In this document: in pieces, positions 35,890 through 50,370 of the stretch
Numbering within the stretch: the stretch's first letter is position 1
Layout: every line of letters starts with the position of its first letter
DNA from: Lepidodermella squamata
Lineage: Eukaryota; Animalia; Gastrotricha
Direction of reading: 5' to 3'
Length of the DNA stretch: 64,000 nucleotides
NCBI GenBank assembly: GCA_047495785.1
Contig: JBLDXI010000058.1
Location: 62,001 to 126,000 of the forward strand
The notes under the pieces: generated by a model
The model's input: the letters and a program-made list of their open reading frames with translations, nothing else
Databases searched by the model: none
Told to the model about the DNA's origin: nothing
Translations under genes and position numbers: made by a program

Positions 35890-38327
35890 CTACTTGGGCG
35901 GCAAGTCAGAGCGCATGTGCAGCGGCAGGTCGCCCGATCTCCGCTTCCAGCTCCACTGCTGATGCAGGTTGCTGGGGTCGCACGGCCGCATCGATATTTG
36001 CTGGCCATCGTCGCTAAGTTCGATACACACGTTGTGAGTTACGTGGCGAACAAGGTTATTCTACAAGATCATTAAAATTACTAAAATACGCTCAGATGAA
36101 TCATTCAAACTTACGGATAGATATTCGAAATGCTGGTTTCCTTTCATTCCATGACACGGGTATATGTTCAGCGTTGAGCCGGAGTAGTCGAAGCAGCCTT
36201 CGTCACGTCTAATCTCACCATCCTTACTCAGCATCCAGTACTGGTTTCCTAAGAAAGAAAAAATAGCCATTATCAAATTTTGTTACGTATTCCTTAGGGA
36301 CATTTTTGCGAGACAAAACGATCATAAATGGCAATTCCACGCCCTCTTCATATAATCTATACTTACTTATTCTCTCTGATATACACAGCCTAATTTACAA
36401 GCTAGTGACTAACGAAATTTACTCGATTGAAAAACGTGAGAATAGCTAACTAAAAAAGACCCTAAAAATATTATGCCAGACGAAAGCTGAACAAATAATG
36501 TCTAGCAATCATCACTCGATAGGTCTGAGTTTCATTTCATGAAAAAAAACCGAAGCCCTACTTTTAGACAGTGGAGAGAATTAATTTGAAAAAGTAGACA
36601 ACGAACCTCCTTGGTTGTGGCATGGCCACATTTTCACTGGCTTGTTATCGGCATGTTCCACCGGGGAGTCGAGACACATTGCTTTGGCTTTGTTTCTAAT
36701 CTCGCCGGATGCAAGCGCCTCGCCAGGAATGAATTGCTCGGGGTAGATGTTCTTCAAGAACCAGTCGAACGTCTTGCACTGCAGCTTGTCGCGCAGTGCC
36801 TTCCGCTCGGACACATCACCGAAGTTGCCGAGGTCGTAATTGAACCGCTCGTAGTAGTAGAACCGATAACCGTCCATCCACACCTCGGCCAGACGGATAC
36901 TGTTCTTCTTGAGCACGTTCTCGCCCGTTTTCCACGCGTAAGGGCTGCGCTTGCGGAAAATGTGTCCGACGTGGCTGCACGGCACGATTTCGAGCTGGCC
37001 GCCACACATCCAAATCTTGAAACTCAGCTCGAGATTTTCGCCGCCCCAGATGTCCATACCCCGGTCGTACTTGCCTAACCGGTCGAAGTAGTCGCGGTGG
37101 ATGGAGAACAAACCGCCGGCCATGGTCGGCGTTTGTACTGGGTCAACATCACTGGTTCGACGTTTTCGCTCCCGTTCGGGAATCTGTAAAATCATAAACT
37201 AGGATGAATTTCAAAAAATTGGACGAGTTACTAACCGGATGCCAGTTGAACTGAAGATTCCAGTCGAAGCCGCCAATGCTGGTGTGCTTCGCGCTGCCGA
37301 AATGATAACGCAAGTTGTCGTCATCAATGACGTCGATCACAGGCGTGACGACGTTGGTCCAATTTTGGTGAATGCGGTAGAGCAGCGGTTCGAGCCAACC
37401 TTTGGTGCACTCGCAGTGAGAGTCCAAAAAGGTCAGCACCATGCCTTTGGCGTGGTCGGCGCCGAGTAACCGCGCGCGGATCAGGCCTTCTCGCTGAGGG
37501 GTCCGAACCACCTTAACTTTAGGCAGTTGTTTGAGATAGTCCTCAAGCGGCCGTTTCAAATGGTCCATATCCGAAAAATCGTCGACAAGGATGACTTCTT
37601 TGAGCAACCGAGGCGGAGATCGATCAATAATGGAGTGCACCGTCCGAAGTAGCGCCGACCAGGCCTCGTTGTGGAAGCACACGATGACTGAGGTGTCCGG
37701 CAGCTCGTCGATCGGGAACTTAGGCAGTTGGCACTCCTCGTCACGCACGTCCGGCAACGACCGGTGCAGTGACATCAGATCAGATGCGTACTGGTTGTAC
37801 GCATTCTTTTTGTACCCGTCGTCGTACTTTTTACGTTCGTCCGGGTCCAACTTATTTTTGTCGATCTCCACCGCCCGGCCGTACTCGCCCGGAGCGTCGG
37901 GCGCCACTGAGGGCGCAGGCGGCGGAATGTCTTCACCAGCCGGTAATAGCCGCCCGCCTTTGTCACTCTTCGCAGGAGGCGCAACGGCCTCAGGCGCTCG
38001 ATACTTACTGACGGTTGCGACAGGCGCCGGAGCCCGGTGGAACACGTCGCGGGCCTCGTCGTCGATATTGCCGTGCCGAGGGCCTGTATTGCCCTCGCCA
38101 TCGTCGATTTCATTCGGGCTGAGAATAGGGAATGCGTTAGGAGGAATTATAGGTAGGCCGTGCGTTGGCTGCGGCATCACGAGGGCGCCGTGCGCATGAC
38201 CTGAATGGCGGTCTTCATCGGTGGTGGACGCACGCTGTTGGATGGCGACGACAAGCACGGCCAGCAACCATACGACTGGAATGGCGAGTAAAAATCGCAC
38301 TACGTGCTTTCGTCTTAAAGCCACCAT
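35890..38327 (-). CDS. gly-5: Polypeptide N-acetylgalactosaminyltransferase (GT27), gly-5/pgant9-like, 4 exons
   Basis: Exons 38327-37236, 37183-36607, 36248-36115 and 36060-35890. N-terminal TM segment, [29 protein letters not shown] and CSHVGH motifs, then ricin lectin repeats ([25 protein letters not shown]). Confidence 0.96.
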
Positions 38328-38968
38328 TTTCTAAGAAATATCTATCAAAAATAGAAAAAAAATCGATTCGATGGCTTGAGAAAAGTTACCAAAGGTGAAC
38401 AATCTAATCACGTGGAAAAGCAAAAGGCAAGACTCGAAACGTTTTCTGGTACAATCAAACTAAAAAGCTCCAACTTTAAATTTCAAGGCCGGCAATGTCG
38501 CATCATTGAGGATGGACCTCACGCTGTTGAGGTAAGACAATGCAAATCTGCGAGAAATCATTTGTAATCAAGAAAACGATGAAATTTATCAGATCCCAAG
38601 GGAAAGTCGGCTTCTCCAGCGTAGACATTAGAGATGAGAAATTGCCTGCTCACCTCGGGGTGTCTGTCACAGGTAGGCGAAATGAAACGCGCAGCGGCAA
38701 TTAATTGCAATGCGCGTTAGATAGTGATTGCAATTAGAAACGATGAACGCTAGAGCAGCAAGCTTCGATTGCAGGCTGCACCAGGAGGTGTCGCGATTGT
38801 CGCAGAATGGCGCGCTCAGAGTGGCAAAAGTTGTATGCGCGAAATAAAGTATCAACAGCCAATGTGTTTTGTTGCAGTTTTATAGTTGTCGTCGTTTAGG
38901 ACGCCGAGATGCAGCTGTTGTTGCGAATCGAAAGTGTAAACTACGACGGCAACGAAGACGATTCACAA

Positions 38969-41341
38969 CGAGCGAGCGAGCGAGCGCAAACGGAGCTGCT
39001 GAGCGGCGGCGGCGGCGGCTGCTGCTGCTGCGACGACGATCGAGCAATAGTAGCAGAGAAGAGCGCGACAGACAACTCGAAAGTTGAAACACAACTAGAA
39101 CAGTGGTGGAGCAGCGTTCGCCGTGGTGTGTACGCCGGCCTTAGGAAGCAATGCGCGAAAGTGCAAATATGCAGATGAGCAGGGCAGAGGCGTCGGCAAC
39201 GACCAGGTCATCGAGTTTCGCCTTGGTCACCGTTCGCTGTTTTTGGCGCGCGCGCGCGCTGACGGGCGATGATTCGGCAATGTCCTCGCGTGTGTACGGC
39301 GCAAACAAACAACAAAGCGCGGCACTAGCGGGCTGCAGGCAAATGACGAGGGTGACAATGACAAGATAACAGCGGCGGCGGTGGTGGTGGTGCTGATGAT
39401 GCCGGTGATGAGTCTGTCTGTCAACGAACGATGAATGACAAATCGTCGCCAAACACACTCGCCACGTTTGTATTCTCCCACAACTGCTGCGCGCTAATAA
39501 TTAATATTTATCGTTTACGCAAGGCACCGCCTAGAAACAATACAAAAAAGGATATCATTAGTGCAGTGTCACCGACCGCGTCGGGTAAATGAGGGCACGG
39601 AGAGTTCCATCAGACTTGCTACAAATTAGGTATTCTTCTACGTAAACGAGAAGGTTAAGCATAGTAACACGCCAAACCGGAAGTATGCTTAGAGCATATT
39701 AATGTATCATTTCTAGTACAGGAAATGTATGATAATAACGTGCACGCATTACAGGCGACCTGCACCAACTTGCCGATTAATAAAAAATATAACCAAGCCA
39801 GCATAAAAAAAATATTCTCAACCCGTAACTATTTTTGTGGTGTATATCAACACGCCGCTTTGCGAGCAAGAGGCGTGCTAAGGATGATGATGATGATGAT
39901 GATGAATGACCAAGCAGCGATCCCGCAGCTGCCGCCGGCATTAATCGGGCGCTCGCTAACGTATGTTTTTCAGGGGGTCAGACGGTCTAAGCGAGTTTCA
40001 TTTGCACCGCGGCTATCATTACGACAAGCCAGGTTGTGGCCAATAGAGCGTGTTTATCCCCAAGTTCTTTGGCGAGCGTTTCTCGCGCTCGCAAGTAGTG
40101 GTGGTGGTGCTGCTGCTGCTGCTGAGATAGACGAAATAGCCACAGACAATGCGAGACAACTAAGAAGAAGCTCAGATACATTAGAACAGTGTTGTTGTTG
40201 AATGGACTCAGAATAAAGCGGAAAAATCCAAATCCTTCACAAAACACACACGCACACACACACAGGTAGGTGTAGTTTGCTTGGTCATGAGGTCTTTTGT
40301 TCGAAAAACTGAGAAAATTAAACACGCCAAACAAGATCGAAACAATGTCACCACAGACATTGCCGCCGCAAGACAACAGCCGCCTCAGCAGCTGAGTCTT
40401 CTTCTTCTTCTTCTTCTGCTTCTACGACGTCTCGACAAAGCCGCAAACTAAATAGGTAGAGCTCGAAAGAAGGCGTTTGCTGCTACTGCGTACATTCGAG
40501 CTAACAATGCTGCTAAAACAATTTTCGCGCAGCAAAAACACATTTCGCGCCGCTGTTATTTTTACGGAATTTCACTTTCAGTCGCGAGCAACGAGAGGCG
40601 GAGACGACGGGAATGCGTAGCTATGTGTGTGTGTGTGCATGTGGCAAAAAGCGGACGAACAAAGCCGATGCACAAACAAAAAGAAGGTGCAAACACTTGG
40701 GCGAATATATGACGGGAAATTGCAAAAACTGCGCAGCCGCGCGCGCCTTAGTCCAGTGCTGTGTAGTGAATAAATTGGGATGTGTAAGTATGACGAAACG
40801 TAAGCAGCACACATCAACGTAATTAGGCTGCATGAAAGTAATCGCAGTGGCAGTCGTAATAGCTTTTACCTAGCTCCAAGAACAGGGTAATCCGGCGCTT
40901 GTCTTTCCACTTGACGACGGAAGAAGAAAAAAGTGCGCGGGTTATTATGCTTCACGTGCGAGTAACCTGGCTTTATTAATTTCCATCTGCTTCCCCATCC
41001 ATTACGCGGATGAAAATGAATGGCGGAAGGCTTGAGAAAGAAGCCGGGGTAAAAACTACCTCTAACCGGTATCTGTGTGCACTGGTGCTCGCTCGGTGTC
41101 ACTCGAGGTGCAAGTCGTACTTGCCGGCGGAAGTGGCGCTGCAAGTAGCAACGCTGGCAGAATAATAACGATAACCAACTGAGAGTAGGTTAGTTACCGC
41201 GATGAAGTGTATATCTTCTCGGCCAGATCACCTGGACACCTGGCAAAGAGAAGTTATCGTCTTCGTAAACACTGCCTTGTTTGGTACACCAGCAGCAGCA
41301 GCAGCTCCATGCCGTGCATGAACTCGCTTTGCTAATCAACC

Positions 41342-41369
<28 letters not shown>
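38969..41369. repeat. Microsatellite-rich non-coding region ((GAGC)n, (GGC)n, (GCT)n, (ATG)n, (CTT)n, (GT)n; (GAT)9 at 41342-41368)
   Basis: Short tandem repeats read directly, upstream of the GalNAc-T start codon. Confidence 0.8.
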
Positions 41370-41374
<5 letters not shown>

Positions 41375-44139
41375 AAGACAACACCATAGCTACGACCGCG
41401 ATGATGTTTAATAGCGGAAACCAATTTCTGGCACAAAAAGGATTGCGATAAGCGACAGTATTACATGCAAACAGTCGCGTCCCAAACCCGGGAAGGAAAG
41501 GTAAGTAATAAACCGAAGCTAATAACAATATTGCCAGTTGATGGTAATTCCGTGCGCGCGCGGTTGCAGCTGCTAGGCAGCGCGCAAACAATAAGTACTA
41601 TACCTACCTACACGTAGATGGAAGCCGAAAAGCTGAATCAAGGGGGTGTTGCGGAACCGCATCATCATGAAGTGAACAAACAACACAGACCCCAGTAATA
41701 TATCATCGACAAAACGTTTACACAACAACAATCGCTATTTCGACGGCATAATAAACGTAAATGTAGCATAGAGTCGATGATGCCGGCGTAAAAAGAAGAA
41801 CGGAAGAGACACTACGGTTATACGTGCGCATCCTTCACCGACTTGATCAAGTCAAAACCATACCGCTAGTACCTATTAGACGAAGCAGATACCAACCTAT
41901 CATCAACATCGTAATAAAATCGTTTTACTCCGAAGAACAACGCGCTGGGTCACACACACACACAACTTTCGTGCAGCGAAATAGTAAATAAAGCCAGGGA
42001 AAATTCGCAACTCATCCTAACGATCGTTGTTGTTTGGAATTAATATTTGGCACGGGGATAATCGCCATTTGTAATAGCTAGGCAAGGCTCAATAAAAATG
42101 TCCCGTAAAACATAGCAATTTCAGCATGAATATGGGCGCAAATAAAATTGGGAACTGGGGATCGAACAATACTTAATGATGAAGTGAAGCTTTCATTGAA
42201 TAATGATCAGCGGTCGACTTGATTTTGGAGATATTATTTGGTTGAGACAGCAGATTTATACCCAAGAGGCGACGAAGAGCGGAGATGCGCGCGCGCGCGC
42301 GTCTCGTAGGAAGAAGACACCGATGGGGCGACCGATTGAGAGCTCGTTCCCATGCTCATTCTTCAATGGACTTGAAATTTTCAGGCTGGCGCCTTTCGTA
42401 ATTCCGATAATGTTATTTCTACGGCTCACGAGTGAGTGCGTTTTCCGAGCGGCTAGTAATTGTGCGCGAGCCGTTGCTAGCGATCATCATGGCGACGGCG
42501 CCGAACGGCGACAGGCAGGCAAACAAGGAAACAGCACAAGCAAGCGCAATCATTAAACCAAAGTAATAGAATAATAATAACAATAATAAAATCCGACTTC
42601 TCCATTCTATGTTTCCTCGAAAATTCGCTCGCCGTGATGACGAAAGGGTAAGTCAAAACAATTCAAGAGTAAGAAAAGATGAAGCCTTTGTGAAATACCA
42701 AAAGAACAATACTCGGAGCTGTGATTTCACGCATAAACAGCCAGCCAATAAACAAAAATATTGATCGCAATTCGAAAAATAACGACGACCTCCATGCAAT
42801 AAAGTAATAACGGTGTGCATAGCGCATGTTTTTGCGTAATTCCAGCACTGCAGTGCTCCTGCTAGTTGGGGGTCGGTGGCGAATGAAAATGTATTTCATG
42901 ACACCCTGAAATACCATCATTCGAAAAGTCAATAATCATATGCGGCAATGCTTCAAACTTGAACAGTTTTAGTACATAATAAACACGCGAGAGCTCGCGA
43001 ATAGCTAATAAATATTTAATGAAACTTTCTCGGTCTTCGCCTGAAGTTAAATTTTGGGTTTCATCTCCACCGAAGTTCGCTGCATCGGAGATGACTTATC
43101 GTAAAAAAAACATCACAAGGATAAGCGTGGCGCCAGAGAGTACTTATTAATATGGGCAATAGCGCAACATCAAGACCTGCGCCCACTCGCAATATGCATC
43201 TTTCACTGAAATGGCCTTGTTTGTCCAAGAAATCATAGCAAACTAGAACAGAGTTAATTGAACACATGGAACATGGACGTTATTTTTTAAGATATATATG
43301 CAGCAAAATGTCATTTGGCCGTGAAACAGTCATCTTGGAACGTGTTAAACGAATTACAATAATAGTTAAACTCTGAAAAGCGTAAAAAAAATCCATAATA
43401 TATCCCTGGAATCAGCGTAAATGTATTCGAAGTATAAAATCCCCTATTTTCGCCTTGAATAGGAATTCGCCACGCAGCTCAACCATAAATCGAAAAAATA
43501 ACGCACCAAATGCGTCGATGCGTTGAAACGCAATCGTTATTACTTTGCAATAACTTTGCAAAATTTTTAGTTAATCTTTAGTAACACAAGGACCTACCAA
43601 CATAATGAGCCATGGATCCTATTACCATGCAATAATCAATCTAAAATGAAATAATTTTAGAAGAAGCTCACAATTTGATCATGAACTGTTAAGTCCAATT
43701 GTTAACAAGCAATTTTTCCGCGGAGAACTCTCACTGGCAGGCTTCTTTGTGATTTAGCATCCAGAAAAAATTGAAATATCTTAAAAAAATGAAAAATAGG
43801 ATCGCCAAGAGTTGTAATCGCGAGTTAAGTTGTAAAGTGAAATTTGTTCAACAATCGTTACCGATTTCGGCAAATATTGGCACGGCGGATAAAATAACTG
43901 AAAATTCGAATAATTTCGCCAATCTCAAATTTCTCGTTTCCCACTTTCTCTAAAGGTGCCAAGTGCCAAGTGAGTATACAATGCGTTCGGTGCAATTCAT
44001 CCATAGTATTCATTGCTAATCAAATTAAACAATTGATATACGGCGTGATCAAAAATTGCAATTCTTCAAAGAAGAAAGAAGTTAAGTTTGATTTTGATTA
44101 AGAGGCTAAAAAACCAATGATTTTAACGATTGCAACATA

Positions 44140-44380
44140 AATCTTTTCCATGCCGTAATCGGATAGGTTAACGACTATTATGGGCGAAGTACCTGATAAT
44201 TGTCTAATCGTTAATTTAATACAATGAGATGGCTGCAGGAGAATTTTTCGAGTGAAGACTGTGGTCGCATAGGCTTCCTGAACTCGTTCAATTCTCCCAG
44301 GTGGCTTGGCAATCCTTACAGGGATAAGCCCGAGTATTTGAAAGCACTTGAAACAGGTTATACATCATTAAGGATGAATG
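44140..44380 (-). mobile_element. Highly decayed LINE RT C-terminal relic
   Basis: FILNDV*PVSSAFKYSGLSL resembles V..FKYLG, and SLTYPITAW resembles L.YG...W. Several stops. Confidence 0.35.
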
Positions 44381-46170
44381 TCAGGAGAGGTATTTAAGGA
44401 TCAATAATGACAACGGCAAAGTTTTGATGAAAAGGAATGCGGCAATTTTTATAGCTATTTCGAAGGAAACATATTTAGATCTAATGGAGTACGGGGTCGC
44501 ACCAACGGCGTGCATGAGCGGCCCCACAACGCGGCTGTTCAGAGAAGAGGCTAACCTTAGAGAGTCACGCTCGCATTCACTTCTCATCCAATCCCTATTC
44601 ACTTGTTCATTCCGAGCGGTTTTTGCTCGTCGAGCTGCGATTGAAAGATAAATGCTTGTTAACTACTAGTAAGCTGCCGTTTAAGCTATCGGCTGTCGGA
44701 TCTCGCGTAAAAGTCTCGACTGTCTCGACAAGTTTAAAGTTTACTAGCATCAAGCATCCCGTTAGATTTCGATCACACCCACCGCCCACCGAAGACCGAG
44801 AAGTCGAAGTCGACTCGGAAAGTCGTCAAAATATTTACTGTTATCTGATTTACACCTATAAATAAATTTTGTCATGGCTCTAAAAGTTTTGCATTTTATT
44901 GCATCCATTATCACGACGTGATAAAAGATTTCGATAATTACTGGTTCAAATATGAAGCTATCATAAAACTGAATGAGTAATGATGGGCGGTTGTTGTGAA
45001 CTTCTCAAAGAGTTCCACTTGTTTTACAAGCTCTTGAACGAAGGAGTTTAAGGAGTTTATACTCATGCCGCCGTTTTGCCTGCTCTGTGTTAGCGATATC
45101 AGGACCGGCACATATCGCGAATGTTGCTGAGGTTAACAGCAGCGAGCGCTTAGCACTTAGCGGCTAGCGAAGGCCATCAACCAACGCTCTCGTTGGGGGC
45201 TACTAAATTGATTGTTATTTTCAGCAAGAAAAATCTGTTACTTGCAAACTAGCAATCTGATTAGGCCCAGAAAACCTGCCGAAAAGTGAAAAAGACATAC
45301 TTCCAGTAGTCCAGTGGGTACGAATTTTTTTTTAATTTGCTGTCTATTTTCTTGTTATATTGTGTAAAAACGGGCTCATACTTATATGGGTTCTGATACT
45401 CAAAACTAGCAGGTAACAACTAATAGCCGGTCTGGTCTATTGGCTCAGACGTGGAATTCAAAATGTTGCAGAAATCACTGAAAGCTGCACTATAAATCGA
45501 TCGATACGATATAGCTCGGATTACTTGCATGATATATACCTGATTTATTTAAATAATAATTGTAAGATACTTATAAACGACGTTTTTATGGCTTATTTAG
45601 CCTCTCGCACGCTCCTATTGCTGCTTTATTGTTCCGCTGACGCGCTGACCTGTTTATTAATTTCGGCATTAAGTACCAACAATCCAAGGACTGTCCACCT
45701 TGTCGGTTTATATTTGATTGTTTTCATGTATTATTTTTGGCTTGTTATCTCCAAATGCCAAATAATCTTGTAGTCAGGAATTCAGCCAAATATTGGCATT
45801 AATCCAGCAACCGCAGAAGCTGCAGAACAGTATCATTCCTCAGGCCACTGGTAAAATCGCATGTGGCGGCTTGTTATATCTTTCGTTTGCGAGGAGTGAA
45901 GATCGCTCGTTCTGCACTTTACATAACTATCGTAGTTTAAAAACTGAGGTTATCATTTTCGCATCATTGGACCTATTTGAGTTTTCTTTGAGTTTTCTTG
46001 ACAGTCGAATTATTCACATTTTGTTTGAGGATTGTTAGAGGATTTTTTCGAATAAGATATGTACGTTGAATCTTATTCAAGTCTCCTGAAATAGTTTCTA
46101 TGTAATAATAAGATATAACCTATTTTTTTTTATCCTTCTTATAGATTTGTTGTTTAATGGTTCGCTAAAC

Positions 46171-48754
46171 ATGCCTGGACCTCCGCCGCCGCCACCCCCA
46201 CCTCCACCTTCTGCTCCGGCTAGCAACGTGAAGAATGCCGTGCTGAAGGTTTGATTCATCAAATCAATTCAAAATTGTATTAACATTTCAAACTTTATTC
46301 AGGATATTGTAAAAGGTTCGAAGCTTCGGAAAGTTCCGGACAGTGAAAAACGTGACCGTTCGACTCCTAATGTCGTTGTTGCTGTTGGTGGATCGGGCGG
46401 AGGAGGCGCTGGTAGCGTAGCAGCAGCTCACTCATCTGCCGCCAATCCTTTCGCCCAAGCTGCTGCTCAAGCAGCCTTACGTCAAGCAGCAGCAGTCGGT
46501 ATGGCTAGTTTTATTGTGTTTATTCATATCCAGCGTACTCAATAATGCAAACTTTACGGCTGCTTTTTATTTAAATTCAATTATTGCGGCTTGTTTACCG
46601 TATTGTGTTTTCTTTTACCGTTATCGGTTTTTATCGTCAACGGTGGCGATAGCGGGGAAAATTTATTATACCGGCTGCTCTATTGCTTATTGTTTTGTTT
46701 GCATAGTTCCGCCTAACAAACAATCGATAGCGTTGCAGAGCTCTAGACCAAACCTTCCCAACGCTCCATCCTTAGGAAATGCGGCACCTCGTCCGCCCGG
46801 TGCTCAATTATCGACTGGGCCACCTCGGCCGCCTGGATCTGCAGGACTGGGTAATGTAAGAGGCGGCGCCCCTCCACCGCCGCCGAACCCCCCGTTTCCT
46901 GGTCAAAACGCCCAGGTGAACCGGCGCGTTTCGAATCAACAATCGGCTGACGACAGTGTCATTAGTCGTCAACCGAGCCGCGCTTCTACTACCGGTAGCA
47001 ACGATGACGCCGCAGTTGTGAAAAGCGCGCCAGCATCTGGTCGGCCGCAGCCTCCAGGTAATGTTCATTTCTAACTATAGGCGTTTTTTACCCGGTAGTG
47101 CAGAGCTGCTAAGCCTAACTGCAGTTACACGGAGTAGTTGAATGTAGATGTCGCCGCTTTTTATCACGCTTTTACATCTGTGTACCCACATGCGTGTAAA
47201 GGAGGAGGTGGTCGGGGCTTATTGCCCAATTCTTCGAGGCCGACCGGCCCCGGCGGAGCGGCTGCGCCTCTTCCTGCGATCGCGAGGCCAACGCCTCGCC
47301 CAGGAAATACCGCCAACCGCAATTGGTCGGCTACCGTCCAGCCACAGCCAGGTTTGTCACAGTTCCTGGCGCTGTCTCTGACCGATTTTCGAGCTTTACT
47401 AATGACGAGCTTGCATCTCAATTCTGTATCTTTCGCTGTTACTGTGTTTTGGGGTGCTCATTGCGTATGCTTGGTTGCAACTCGCGTCACCCCTCATTAG
47501 CAGGGACACGTGGTTTTTTGGTGTAGCGAACTTGCGTTCCACCTACGACCTTGTCGCCGTGTATCAGCTGTTGGTGCGATTATTCAAAAGATACATAGAC
47601 AAATGCTGCGCAGTTGCGACACCGGCGGGCAGGTCATTTCGCTTGACTGATTTTCTGTTGGTGAGCCGCCGTGCGACGGTGTGCTAATGGGCCGTGTTTA
47701 TCTGTCGAGTGTTTGCCAGGTTGCCATTTCTCGGTCTTCCTTACTGCGAGGGAGACCGGCAAGCAAGTTGACAAATAAACAAACATGCACGAGGGCGGTG
47801 CGGTGCGACGGCGCCGACGACGCTTTTGCACTTGAAAATTGCGCGCGGCTGCTTTTGCTAATTTTCTCTTGAACGCGCTTTCTACAATGTGTCTTTGTGG
47901 TTGTGTGTCGATTTTCAGCCGCTGCCGCAACCGGTGGTTACTCGGCGAGAAATGCAGCCGTGCCTACGACAAACAGCTCGACGGTGGCGCCTGTTCAGCA
48001 ACCGCCGCAGCGAATGCCACAACCGAACAACGGCAGCAGTCGGCCCCTGCCGCCGCCGCCAGGCCCGCCTGCGCCACCAGCTCCGCCATCATCGAACGCC
48101 TCTAATGGCCCCAGTAGCATCAGCAACAACAACACAGCAATAACAAATGCTCTGTGTGTTTTCGTCTTTTTTCGACAAGATTTTTTTTTACCATCTTTGA
48201 TTTTTAGGAACACGAAATTCCAAGCAGGGCTACCGCGACCGCCGCAGCCGCAACTACAGCCGGCAGCCCCACCGCCCCCACCTATGCAAACTCAGCCGGT
48301 GTCGAGACCGTTGCCACCGCAACCAAATCGTGGCGCACCCAGTCAACAGCCTCCGCCGCCGACTCTTCCCCCGCCCCCACCACCACCCGTGCCGCCGGCA
48401 GGATTCCAACATCGAACAGCCCCACCGCCGTCGAATGACAACCAGCTGCCTCTGCCACCACGAGGGAACAATAATAGCAATAACGGTCGGGCGATGCCAG
48501 CGGCGCCTCCGCCTGTCCCGTCGACGCAACCTCCACTATCTTCCAGTCGGAACGTCAACATGCCGCCTGAAGCATCCTCGGACTTTGAATCGCGCTTTCG
48601 ATTCCCCGACCACCGGCAACTGCCGCCGCCGCCTGCGTTTGTTGGCGGGCCGAGAACTTACCCTTCGTCGAAGCAGCGTCCTCAAGAGGCGCCCTCGGTG
48701 ATGCCGCCGGCGCCGCCTCCTCCGGCGATCGCCTATGGCAGTCGCGGCAAATGA
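46171..48754 (+). CDS. WIP: WASP-interacting protein / verprolin (WIPF family)
   Basis: Exons 46171-46248, 46303-46498, 46707-47057, (47202-47351), 47919-48153 and 48208-48754. N-terminal poly-Pro plus WH2 (NAVLKDIVKGSKLRKV..RDRSTP), a Pro-rich middle, and a C-terminal WASP-binding motif FESRFRF..LPPP..PRTYPS. Confidence 0.92.
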
Positions 48755-49992
48755 AATGCTTACCTGTTATTCTTTCTTCTTCGATTGCATTCTTTTCACT
48801 TTTTGTCTTCAAATCGCTGGTGCATTTTTATTATTCCTATCATCGTAATATCAGCATCATTTCTTGCATGATCTTTTTGTTTGTTCGCTGCTGCGGGCGG
48901 CCTTACTTTGTGTAAACTGATGAACCAGTAAAAAACGTACCATATGATTGTTGTACGGACACTCAGTTACTCGCTTCCTACTGCGTCGGCGCGATAAGCC
49001 ATCGTTCCTTTCAAGCCGCGCCGTTGATATGCAATTTTGGTTGATTATTGAACAAAGCGTCGGAAAACGATGACAGAACATGATAAAATTGTAATTGCCT
49101 AACTACAGCTATTTTGCTTCATGCGTTCACTCGCTGCACTGCTTTTTCGCCACACCACTCTGTAAATTATTGTCGCAAAGTTTTATTCTCATCAGCTGTA
49201 TTACATATTTGAACGTATATATATATATTCATGAAACCACACTGCTAATGTGTTTACCAGCCTGTCTCTAGATAAATGAATGAATGAATGAAGATGCAAT
49301 GAACACCTCGCTTTTGCTATTCGACAAATTTTATTCTCTACCCCAATATAATAGTAATAAAAGTGATTATATTGCTATCGCTATACTACTAATATCTACC
49401 CTGGGCAGTGTTTGCGTGTGATTCCTCTACTTGTTGTGCACGAATTCAAAATTTTATCTACGAAAATTTAATAGTTACTGATACTATATATGCGCGAGAT
49501 ACAGAGCAAATACAATAAAGTTTGATAAAAAATAATTAAAAAACTTCTTTTTCGCTGGAATCATCTATACACGATCGCATTTCCTACTCCACCCGAGAGA
49601 AGCAATGTATCCGAGTATGGGCAGTTCATTTCCCTGATTCAACCGATACTGGATGGCTCAGCAAATGAAAAAGCATCCCTTATATATGGGGTGATTGAGA
49701 GGGAAATGATTGTTTGCGCCGGTGATACTAGGAAATCCCATACTGATGGGGAATTGTGTTTTGCATTGCGATGAGCAGCCTCTCAAATGACTCACCCACG
49801 GCTCCAATACAAACAAATCAGTCACCAAGCTGTATCCAATTAAAAGCAAAAACGTGGGATGTAAATCTTGCACATTTTTTAGACTTGCATAACATGATCT
49901 TCCGCATTCTACAATTTCAGGTTCTAGCAGCCTGCAATTCGCCAGAGCCTGACTGTTAAAATATTCTTGGGTTGGATTTCCGCAACAAGATA

Positions 49993-50370
49993 CCGTCAAC
50001 TTGGGTTACTTTGGCGTAACAAAAATCAAAGATGGTAAGGTAAATACCCCGCGAGTGGGATAGCCTGGAGGAAATCCAGTCTGAAAATGGCATAAGATTT
50101 CAATTCTGAACAGACGGCTTCCGTTGGGCAGTCACCAAAGTTTAAATCAAAAAATAAAATTTTCGAAATATTCCCAAAACTTCACCTGCGATTATATGTC
50201 CTTAGATGGGTTGCATTGATGTGCATTGTACCCATCCAGGCTGGGCTTTCCTTGGGCTATCCAACGATACCCCACGCGGGGTATTTACCTTAACATCTTT
50301 GATTTTTGGTACGCCAAAGTCACCCCATTTCGGTATGTCAAAGTGACCCCAAAGTCACCCCAGTTGACGG
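49993..50370. mobile_element. pogo/mariner-type MITE (378 bp) with TA duplication
   Basis: TA|CCGTCAACTTGGGTTACTTTGG ... CCAAAGTCACCCCAGTTGACGG|TA. An inner inverted block of about 55 bp (50002-50055 vs 50273-50326) is also present. Confidence 0.85.

Noticed and set aside
36249-36606. Mutually exclusive lectin exon in the GalNAc-T intron
   Set aside because: No CLD or PCH-type peptide found in the minus-strand frames.
38869-41591. ORFs with poly-His, poly-Arg or poly-Met tracts
   Set aside because: Explained by trinucleotide microsatellites; no domain and no consistent exon chain.
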